DNA of 64,000 nucleotides from an uncultured Roseburia sp. (GTDB taxonomy: Bacteria; Bacillota; Clostridia; Lachnospirales; Lachnospiraceae), in NCBI GenBank assembly GCA_934317215.1, contig CAKREH010000019.1:363-64362 (forward strand), read 5' to 3'. Positions 57,338 through 64,000 of the stretch are shown here, in pieces. The position numbers were made by a program, and so were the translations under genes. Position 1 is the stretch's first letter. Every line of letters begins with the position of its first letter. The notes below the pieces were generated by a model. That model made no database searches. It was given only the letters and a program-made list of their open reading frames with translations, and was not told the origin of the DNA.

Positions 57338-57943
57338 CTAGTCCACCATTGCTTTTTTGATCGCCCCAAGCAGTTCCTCATAGGTCTCATATGCCGGGAT
57401 ATCCGGATAATCTGCCTTGATCTTATCAGTGGAACGGAATAAAAATCCTGCCTTGCTCGCCTTTATCATTCCAAGATCGTTATAGGAATCTCCACTTGCG
57501 ATCGTGTCAAATCCGATTGACTGCAATGCTTTTACCGTGGTTAATTTAGACTGTTCCACACGCATCTTAAAGCCTGTGATTTCACCATCTTCTGCAACTT
57601 CTAAGGAATTGCAGAATAACGTCGGCCAGCCTAATTTCTCCATCAAAGGAGATGCAAACTGGGTAAATGTATCACTGATTAAAATTACCTGTGTGAAAGA
57701 ACGAAGTTCGTCTAAAAACTCTTTCGCACCCGGCAGCGGATCGATCGTTTTGATAACATCCTGGATCTCTTTTAAGCCAAGTCCGTGCTCTTTTAATACA
57801 CCAAGTCTCCATTTCATCAGTTTATCATAATCCGGTTCATCGCGGGTTGTTTTCTTTAACTCCGGAATACCGCTTGCCTCTGCAAATGCGATCCAGATCT
57901 CCGGTACTAATACTCCCTCTACATCCAAACATGTAATATACAT
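57338..57943 (-). CDS. thrH: bifunctional phosphoserine phosphatase/homoserine phosphotransferase ThrH
   Basis: HAD motif I in MYITCLDVEGVLVPEIW and GDSYNDLGM motif. About 200 aa. ATG 57943 follows AAAGGAG. Confidence 0.75.
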   Translation of the reverse strand: MYITCLDVEGVLVPEIWIAFAEASGIPELKKTTRDEPDYDKLMKWRLGVLKEHGLGLKEIQDVIKTIDPLPGAKEFLDELRSFTQVILISDTFTQFASPLMEKLGWPTLFCNSLEVAEDGEITGFKMRVEQSKLTTVKALQSIGFDTIASGDSYNDLGMIKASKAGFLFRSTDKIKADYPDIPAYETYEELLGAIKKAMVD

Positions 57944-58115
57944 AAAACTCCTTTCCTGCGCCCTCAACTCGCATATCAGGTCTGTAAATACAGCTCCTGT
58001 TTTCTTTTTTACTTTCGTTTTGTATCACTTTACTTCGTTATACTAACATATTATTTTCCACGATGCAATTCCTGTTTTCCACTGTCAGAAACAACAAACT
58101 GCCCCATGCGAACAT

Positions 58116-58661
58116 TTATGTATCACTCTGTTCCTGCTTCAGCTCATACTGCTTCAACAGCCTGTCATACTCACGGTTGATCTCCTGAAGTGTTTCCGTA
58201 TCCCCACAGAGATTGTCCGGATGATAGATTTTTAGCAGCTGTTTATACCTTTTCTTTAAGGCACTCTTACTTTCCACACCGATGAAAAACAATTCCCCGC
58301 GTACCACATTTTCCATCCCCACCGTCAGCATATCACGTGCTTCCTGTTCTCTGACATATTTATAAAAATCCCGCTGTTTTTTCATCTGGATCTTTTCATC
58401 TGCGAGCTGCGAAAGTTCTTCCTCTAAGATCTTCCACTTTGTCTCAAACAGTTGTTTTTCCCTTTTCATGCTGTCCTTTTCAAACTGACAGTGCGTGGAA
58501 AACTCCTTCTTTTCCCGCTCAAATCTTAAGCGCTCCTCTTCTAATTTTTTCTTTTCCTCTAAAAAATCCCGCCTCTGCTGCTCTAACTCGGCAGTTTTTT
58601 TATATTTCCAATCCTGATGCAGGGTCTTTGTTCTTTTGATCCTGAAAACCGACCGATCCAT
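58116..58661 (-). CDS. coiled-coil protein with a C-terminal J domain
   Basis: HPD tripeptide in ALKKRYKQLLKIYHPDN...LQEINREYDRL. The N-terminal ~110 aa are K/E/R-rich coiled coil. ATG 58661 follows GAGGGGG. ORF-track start 58742 overlaps the HD-GYP gene. Confidence 0.7.
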   Translation of the reverse strand: MDRSVFRIKRTKTLHQDWKYKKTAELEQQRRDFLEEKKKLEEERLRFEREKKEFSTHCQFEKDSMKREKQLFETKWKILEEELSQLADEKIQMKKQRDFYKYVREQEARDMLTVGMENVVRGELFFIGVESKSALKKRYKQLLKIYHPDNLCGDTETLQEINREYDRLLKQYELKQEQSDT

Positions 58662-58680
58662 TTTTTGCAAAAACCCCCTC

Positions 58681-59979
58681 TTATTCCGTCTTACTTTCTT
58701 CGTAGACTTTTCTGATCTTATTTTCGATCTCAATAAAGACATCCACTAAAACCGGATCAAAATCCCTGCCACGTCCCTCTACTATAATATGAAAACATTG
58801 ATCTAAAGGCATTGCATCTCTGTAACAGCGCTTTGCCGATACTGCATCAAATACATCCGCAACCGCCATGATCCTTGCACATAACGGAATTTCTGTTTCT
58901 TTCAATCCATCCGGATATCCACGCCCATTCCATTTCTCATGGTGATGCGCTGCCACTTCATATGCCATCTCTTCGTACGCATCATTTCCCAGATGCCCGA
59001 ATGTCTCCCGGATGATCTTTCCGCCTTTTTGGGCATGTGTCTTCATAATTTCAAACTCTTCATCTGTCAGTTTCCCCGGCTTCTGTAAAATTGCATCCGG
59101 TATCGCGATCTTGCCGACATCATGCATTGGTGCCGCCATCACAAGATTTGCCACATAATCATTTGTCAGCTGCTCCTTATAAAAACCGCGGCTTCGAAGT
59201 TCCTCTGCCAGCAATTTCACATACGCAGTTGTACGGCGGATATGCCCTCCCGTATTGTCATCACGGTTCTCCACCAGTGTTGCAAACCCCATCACCATCT
59301 CTTCATTGTTTTTCTGGAGTTTCGCATAGAGCGGTGTCTCCTGATTCAGATAAATTCCCACGATCACAACCGCCGGAACCAGACTCGTCAGCAGTGCCTC
59401 CGGGAAAAACATCTGATATGCCGTCACCCCGATTGTCACTAACAAATAAGTAGATATCGCAATCTGCTTATGTCTCTCAAGATTCTTCCAGCTGTGCAGA
59501 AAAATGCCACTCGCAGCAAGTACATACAACGCCACCATTGCAAAACAGGTATATGCAGACATTCCCATCGAATAGTTGGTAAACGTTCCTTTGCGATACT
59601 CAAGCTGTGGCATAAATACGATCACAACCACAATATTGATCAGAAGAGGCATGAAAAGTCCGATGCGTTCCCCTCTTTTCTGTGGCAGTCCTCTTGTAAT
59701 ATCGTACATATATAAAAACATCAAAAACACAAAAATATCCAGAAAAGAAAGAAAACACAGATGTAAAAATGTGTTGACAGAAGCCGGTATCTCCGCTAAA
59801 TGATTGACAGTATAGGCAGTTGCTCCATCAAAGAAAATACCGACAATCCCTGCAGCCAAAATTGTCTCAAACAACACGTTTTTCCGTTTCATCTGATAAA
59901 TCTGTTTTTCTCTGATATAAATACACGCCACATAAAGGACAATGATCATGCAGCCAATCTGTAATTTACAGTATTCCAT
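58681..59979 (-). CDS. HD-GYP domain protein with an N-terminal 7-8 TM sensor domain (putative c-di-GMP phosphodiesterase)
   Basis: HDVGKIAIPD and HHHEKWNGRGYPDGL motifs. N-terminal ~220 aa are polytopic. Confidence 0.85.
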   Translation of the reverse strand: MEYCKLQIGCMIIVLYVACIYIREKQIYQMKRKNVLFETILAAGIVGIFFDGATAYTVNHLAEIPASVNTFLHLCFLSFLDIFVFLMFLYMYDITRGLPQKRGERIGLFMPLLINIVVVIVFMPQLEYRKGTFTNYSMGMSAYTCFAMVALYVLAASGIFLHSWKNLERHKQIAISTYLLVTIGVTAYQMFFPEALLTSLVPAVVIVGIYLNQETPLYAKLQKNNEEMVMGFATLVENRDDNTGGHIRRTTAYVKLLAEELRSRGFYKEQLTNDYVANLVMAAPMHDVGKIAIPDAILQKPGKLTDEEFEIMKTHAQKGGKIIRETFGHLGNDAYEEMAYEVAAHHHEKWNGRGYPDGLKETEIPLCARIMAVADVFDAVSAKRCYRDAMPLDQCFHIIVEGRGRDFDPVLVDVFIEIENKIRKVYEESKTE

Positions 59980-60026
59980 TTCGTCTCCTGTCCACCATTG
60001 TGGATCATTCTTTTGTTTTAATATGC

Positions 60027-60055
60027 TAAAACAGACAGAACCAAAGGTGGTTCTG
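60027..60055 (-). terminator. rho-independent terminator after dapL
   Basis: Minus strand CAGAACCA-CCUU-UGGUUCUG followed by UCUGUUUUAG. Confidence 0.55.
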
Positions 60056-60080
60056 CCCGTTTTTATTTTACCATTAAATC

Positions 60081-61295
60081 TTACAGTGTCTGGATCCGCT
60101 CCATAGCTGCAAGTGTATTCTCGTAAGTACCAAATGCTGTCAGTCTGAAATATCCTTCACCGCTCGGTCCAAATCCGGATCCCGGTGTACCAACCACATT
60201 GGCATTCTCAAGCAGATAGTCGAAGAAATCCCAGGACGTCATCTGATCCGGTGTTTTTAACCAGATATATGGTGCGTTTACACCGCCAAATACAGTATAG
60301 CCGGCTTTCGTCAGACCTTCCTTGATGGCTTTTGCATTCTTCATATAATAACCGACCTGCTCTTTTAACTGTGCTTTTCCGGCATCAGAGTAAACTGCCT
60401 CACCGGCACGCTGTACAATATAAGGCGCACCGTTAAACTTTGTTCCGTGGCGTCTTGCCCACATCGCATTTAAGGAGACATCCCCGCATTTTAATTCTTT
60501 TGGAACAACCGTGAATCCAAGACGTACTCCGGTAAATCCTGCGTTCTTTGAGAAGCTGCGAAGCTCAATGGCACAGGTTTTTGCACCTTCACATTCATAA
60601 ATAGAGTGTGCCACATCATCCTCACTGATATATGCCTCATAAGCTGCATCATAGATAATGACTGCGCCAACTTTATTTGCGTAATCTACCCACTCCTGTA
60701 ACTGTGATTTCGTGATCGTTGTTCCGGTCGGATTGTTCGGCAGACACAGGTAAATGACATCCGGTGTCTCCTTTGGAAGTTCCGGTACAAAGTTATTATC
60801 ACTGGTACATGGCATGTAGATCACGTCACTCCACATCTGCGTATCTGCATCATAGGTGCCGGTTCTTCCAGCCATAACATTAGAATCTACATAAACCGGA
60901 TATACAGGATCACAGACGGCGATCTTATTATCCTGTGCAAAAATCTCCTGAATATTTCCGGAATCACTCTTTGCTCCGTCAGATACAAAGACTTCGTCCG
61001 CGGAAATATCACATCCTCTTGCTTTGTAATCATTTGCCACGATAGCATTTCTCAAAAAATCGTATCCAAGATCCGGTGCATAGCCGTGGAAAGTTTCCGC
61101 ATGTCCCATCTCATCGACTGCCTTATGCATTGCATCAATAATGGCCGGAGCGATCGGCTGAGTCACATCACCGATACCAAGACGGATGATCTGTTTCTCC
61201 GGGTTTGCTGCAGAATATGCGCTTACTTTCTTTGCAATGGTAGAAAATAAATAGCTTCCCGGAAGTTTCTGGTAATTGTCATTAATTTTAAACAT
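60081..61295 (-). CDS. dapL: LL-diaminopimelate aminotransferase
   Basis: [21 protein letters not shown]-terminus, [10 protein letters not shown], and [14 protein letters not shown] (PLP Lys). ATG 61295 follows GAGGAG. Confidence 0.9.
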   Translation of the reverse strand: MFKINDNYQKLPGSYLFSTIAKKVSAYSAANPEKQIIRLGIGDVTQPIAPAIIDAMHKAVDEMGHAETFHGYAPDLGYDFLRNAIVANDYKARGCDISADEVFVSDGAKSDSGNIQEIFAQDNKIAVCDPVYPVYVDSNVMAGRTGTYDADTQMWSDVIYMPCTSDNNFVPELPKETPDVIYLCLPNNPTGTTITKSQLQEWVDYANKVGAVIIYDAAYEAYISEDDVAHSIYECEGAKTCAIELRSFSKNAGFTGVRLGFTVVPKELKCGDVSLNAMWARRHGTKFNGAPYIVQRAGEAVYSDAGKAQLKEQVGYYMKNAKAIKEGLTKAGYTVFGGVNAPYIWLKTPDQMTSWDFFDYLLENANVVGTPGSGFGPSGEGYFRLTAFGTYENTLAAMERIQTL

Positions 61296-61352
61296 GTCCT
61301 TACTCCTCACTTTGCATTCAAAATACAAGTTAACGTTATCTAACTGTCATAC

Positions 61353-61381
61353 AGTATAGCATTGTGTGAAATCGCATGCAA
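61353..61381 (-). promoter_or_regulatory. sigma-A-type promoter of dapL
   Basis: Minus strand TTGCAT-17 nt-TATACT, about 50 nt upstream of the ATG. Confidence 0.6.
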
Positions 61382-61482
61382 GTGTTTTTTGTTTACCTGG
61401 AATCAAAAAATATTGTCTCACCTAATCTGATATTTTTTATCCATAATTCCGATCCCAAAATCATTGATTTTACAGGCTCATC

Positions 61483-62223
61483 TCATATTTTAGTTTCCGC
61501 CAGAAGTTCCACCCATGCCACGCGAAATCCTGCATTTGCAGCTACCCGCTGTGACGCAAGATTTGACATACTGGTTCCATAATACGGCACTTTTCCCAAT
61601 TTCTCTATCTCTTCTTTTAAAATTGTGACCAAAGTGGTCGCGACATGCCTGCCCTCTGCCTCTTTTTCCACATTGATCCCGATCTGCCAGAACAGCGGAC
61701 TGTCTGCGCTTGCCCCCGCCATGCCGATGATCTTTCCATCCAAAATCGCTGCCACTCCCAGCATATCGGGTGATTTTTCGTCAAAGCAGAATGCCTCGTC
61801 AAACCGGTTGTCCCCTGCAAACTGCAGGATCTCCCCACGGTCATATGTTCGGATCTCAAATCCTGTCCCTTTTTCAACGCCCTCTGTTTCCGGCAGGAAA
61901 AACGGATGTGCTGTTTTTAACTGGCAGCCGTATGGTTTTAAAATGCGGTCCAGTTCCCGGAAGTTTCCGACATCCATAAACCATGCGCCGGGGCAGGTTT
62001 CGTATTTTTCGCGGCAGAGTTCTATGATCTCCTTTTTTCCGGTGAAAATCAGTTTTCTGTTGACTGCGGTTATTTTCAGGGCACAGTTGTCCTGGTCTTC
62101 GAATCTGCGCCGTCCTTCGAGACTGCGGTATTCGGTGAAGTGGTTTCCCTGGTCGAGGATGTCTGCGGGGGTGCAGCAGTAATCTAAGGCGAGCTGGCGG
62201 CTTAGTTGTTGTCTATATTTCAT
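61483..62223 (-). CDS. GNAT family N-acetyltransferase
   Basis: C-terminal acetyl-CoA-binding-like segment (INVEKEAEGRHVATTLVTILKEEIEKLGKVPYY). 246 aa. Confidence 0.7.
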   Translation of the reverse strand: MKYRQQLSRQLALDYCCTPADILDQGNHFTEYRSLEGRRRFEDQDNCALKITAVNRKLIFTGKKEIIELCREKYETCPGAWFMDVGNFRELDRILKPYGCQLKTAHPFFLPETEGVEKGTGFEIRTYDRGEILQFAGDNRFDEAFCFDEKSPDMLGVAAILDGKIIGMAGASADSPLFWQIGINVEKEAEGRHVATTLVTILKEEIEKLGKVPYYGTSMSNLASQRVAANAGFRVAWVELLAETKI

Positions 62224-62264
62224 CGTTGTTTTTTTCTCCTTTTTCCTTGTGGTAATTTACGGCA

Positions 62265-62300
62265 AAAGGTGTTGCCAGCCGTTAGGCTGTGAACACCTTT
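62265..62300 (-). terminator. hairpin terminator after the GNAT chimera gene
   Basis: aaaggtgtt/aacaccttt outer stem with an inner cagcc-gtta-ggctg stem. A/T runs on both flanks. Confidence 0.5.
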
Positions 62301-62331
62301 TGATTTAGATTGTCACATATTTTTTTAGTAG

Positions 62332-63597
62332 TTAACTCCTATGAATATACATCCTTGTCAAGTTGGGTTCGCCGTCGCCCTGTACCATGCATAGAAATTC
62401 CCAGCCATAGCGCTCATAAAATGAGGTATGGTCTGTGATAAGGTAGAGGGTGTCGATACCTTTTTGTTTCATATCGGTGCAGACATAGTCGAGCAATGCA
62501 CCGGCGATTCCGTGACAGCGTTTGTCCTTTTCTGTGTATACAGCGCAGACGTTTGGTGTCAGGTCTTTTCTGTCATGAAAATCATTTTCTATGACACCCA
62601 TTCCCGCGATGATGCGTTCATTTTCCATAGCAACATACCACTGCGGGACTGATGTTTTGTCTGCCAGGCATTCTTCCATGCTGCTTTGATATGCCTCTAA
62701 CGGAATACCCCATTTTTCATGGAACCACTGTGCTGCCTGTTCTTTGATCTCCGGCCGGTCTGTCAGACGGATGATTCTGTATGGTACTTTCCGCTCACAG
62801 ACGGAAGTGATCATAGAATCTCCTTCGGGATAATATTCAAAGGTCACATCATCTCCCACGACTGGAAATTCTCTATGCTCCCGCTCAAAGTTCTCCGTTA
62901 ATTTCCCCTGCAGTTCTTTCTCCCAGAATTTTATAATATAAGTATTTTCCCGAACCGCACAGATTTTTCCCAGACGCTCTCTGTGGAGCCACTGGCAGGT
63001 AAGATCAAGTGGTTCGTGATACGGGAACTGTTTTGTCAATGCATCCACTGCTGCCTGATTTTCCACCTGTTCAAATATTTCACTCTCATAAAATTTTCCG
63101 TGGATCTTCGAAAATTTTTCATCATCCAGCGGATATGCCATAAATGCATCAAAATTGCTGCCATCTGCCGTGGTGATTTCAAAGTGGCCGCAGGTCTTAA
63201 ATCCGTGTTTTGGGTAGTAATCCGGCTCTCCGAAAATAATGATCCCCGCATATCCGGCATCTCGCGCCAATGGAATCGTCTCCTGCAGCAGTTTTGTCCC
63301 GATTCCCCTATTGTGGCAGGTCGGTTCTACTGCCAGTGGTCCAAACGTCAGTACCTCATGCACTTTTTCTTTATCTATCACTTTCGCTTTCGAATACATG
63401 ATAACTCCGACGATCCGCCCGTCTTCCACTGCAACCCGGCTAAGTTCCGGCACATAACAATCCGCATTTCTTAAAATATGCACCAGAAAATGCTCATTGC
63501 ATCCCGGTCCATGCATATTCCAAAATGCCCGAAGCGTCATATACTCTGTTTTTTTATAATCTGATTCTGTTTCTTTTCTAATTATAATCTGACTCAA
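62332..63597 (-). CDS. chimeric GNAT - RsgA-N-like OB segment - GNAT protein
   Basis: Residues 1-190 are YhbS-like GNAT (LAVEPTCHNRGIGTKLL). Residues ~205-275 resemble the RsgA N-terminal OB fold (LGKICAVRENTYIIKF...GKL...EFPVVGDDVTF...ITSVCERK). Residues 280-421 are a second GNAT (VYTEKDKRCHGIAGALL). TTG start follows AAGGGAG. Confidence 0.75.
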   Translation of the reverse strand: MSQIIIRKETESDYKKTEYMTLRAFWNMHGPGCNEHFLVHILRNADCYVPELSRVAVEDGRIVGVIMYSKAKVIDKEKVHEVLTFGPLAVEPTCHNRGIGTKLLQETIPLARDAGYAGIIIFGEPDYYPKHGFKTCGHFEITTADGSNFDAFMAYPLDDEKFSKIHGKFYESEIFEQVENQAAVDALTKQFPYHEPLDLTCQWLHRERLGKICAVRENTYIIKFWEKELQGKLTENFEREHREFPVVGDDVTFEYYPEGDSMITSVCERKVPYRIIRLTDRPEIKEQAAQWFHEKWGIPLEAYQSSMEECLADKTSVPQWYVAMENERIIAGMGVIENDFHDRKDLTPNVCAVYTEKDKRCHGIAGALLDYVCTDMKQKGIDTLYLITDHTSFYERYGWEFLCMVQGDGEPNLTRMYIHRS

Positions 63598-63686
63598 TGT
63601 TTTTCTCCCTTATTCTGTTTTTCATTTACGATTTTACGGTGGATTTTGTTTTTGAATATGAAATGTTCCCTGATTCCGGACTATTT

Positions 63687-63721
63687 GAAAAAGAAAAAGC
63701 CGCAGCAGGATATGCCACGGC
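63687..63721 (-). terminator. rho-independent terminator inside the leader of the GNAT chimera gene (candidate attenuator)
   Basis: Minus strand GCCGUGGC-AUAUCCU-GCUGCGGC (8 bp, 2 G-U pairs) followed by UUUUUCUUUUUC, about 90 nt upstream of the TTG start. Confidence 0.6.
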
Positions 63722-63745
63722 AAATAAATATCTGATATCGTTCTT

Positions 63746-63820
63746 TTATCGACAAACAGGTGCAAACCGAGGTAATATAACATATTCAGCTCTGACAATT
63801 CTACTTAATGCAATAGCCAT
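63746..63820 (-). CDS. candidate 24-codon leader peptide ORF
   Basis: ATG 63820 lies 8 nt after a GAGAGG SD and encodes MAIALSRIVRAEYVILPRFAPVCR. The stop is 25 nt before the terminator stem. Confidence 0.25.
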   Translation of the reverse strand: MAIALSRIVRAEYVILPRFAPVCR

Positions 63821-63896
63821 CTTTATTACCTCTCTTTCTGCTTTCGATCCGTTTATTTATCACCCACCAGCGGTGACGGACTTTGTCTACTTTTCT

Positions 63897-63925
63897 ATCA
63901 TATGCATATGGCGGCATTTTGTCAA
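63897..63925 (-). promoter_or_regulatory. sigma-A-type promoter giving a ~290-nt leader for the GNAT chimera gene
   Basis: Minus strand TTGACA-17 nt-TATGAT, starting 7 nt after the upstream gene's stop. Confidence 0.55.
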
Positions 63926-63931
63926 CAACTA

Positions 63932-64000
63932 TTATTGATTCTTATTATAATTTCCCAGCCACACAATCACATCTTTCAGGGATGGCAGTTCCGCCGCGGC
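63932..64000 (-). CDS. 3' end of an unidentified gene (22 codons visible)
   Basis: The open frame to the window edge reads ...AAAELPSLKDVIVWLGNYNKNQ*. Too short to classify. Confidence 0.3.
   Translation of the reverse strand, partial: AAAELPSLKDVIVWLGNYNKNQ

Noticed and set aside
61296-61352. Lysine riboswitch upstream of dapL
   Set aside because: The predicted promoter leaves a leader of only ~50 nt, far too short for an L-box, and no conserved core is visible.
63597-63938. 113-aa plus-strand ORF
   Set aside because: It has no SD and a Phe/Tyr/Ile-rich composition typical of antisense AT-rich sequence. It overlaps the minus-strand promoter, leader ORF and terminator that explain the region better.
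1-64000. CRISPR arrays, tRNA/rRNA genes, prophage or IS elements, restriction-modification or other defence islands
   Set aside because: Scanning the intergenic regions showed no regularly spaced repeats, no cloverleaf-like or rRNA-like sequences, and no integrase, transposase or phage structural genes. Only the HEPN/MNT pair is defence- or TA-like.

Overview
This is a 64-kb chromosomal segment of a Firmicute of the class Clostridia. The assignment rests on gene content, protein sequences and synteny with the Bacillus ylq, yrr and yqe clusters. A Lachnospiraceae-like origin is inference only. I support about 65 protein-coding genes, roughly 90% on the minus strand, and nearly all are housekeeping. 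The main blocks are:
- parE-parC.
- der-plsY-gpsA-dut.
- A YtrA-type GntR-ABC module.
- lepB-rbgA-lepB-rnhB-ylqG/ylqH-like-yraN-pgeF.
- trpS and purA.
- ireB-ruvX-DUF1292-rnj-ylbF-mltG'-trmR-U32.
- mtaB.
- nifS-thiI.
- prmA-rsmE.
- An amino-acid ABC importer.
- mtnN and luxS, divergently arranged.
- thrH and dapL.

I saw no rRNA, tRNA, CRISPR array, IS/transposase, integrase or phage genes. Accessory or unusual content:
- An AT-rich HEPN/MNT toxin-antitoxin pair.
- A spore-photoproduct-lyase-like radical SAM gene translationally coupled to an MTAN-like nucleosidase.
- A BMP-family (nucleoside-type) ABC operon decayed by two deletions.
- A circularly permuted solute-binding domain fused to an ABC permease.
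- A GNAT-OB(RsgA-N)-GNAT chimera preceded by a long attenuator-like leader.
- A duplicated SD-containing leader upstream of a lactonase gene.
- A 515-bp non-coding gap holding a branched, terminator-flanked RNA-like structure upstream of a 59-aa ORF.

I did not find a convincing novel multi-gene system such as a defence island. The findings below are the best unexplained signals and are scored modestly. Many ORF-track starts are over-extended. I moved them to the first start codon with a Shine-Dalgarno (SD) sequence where the sequence supported it. All family calls come from motif recognition by eye; no searches were run.
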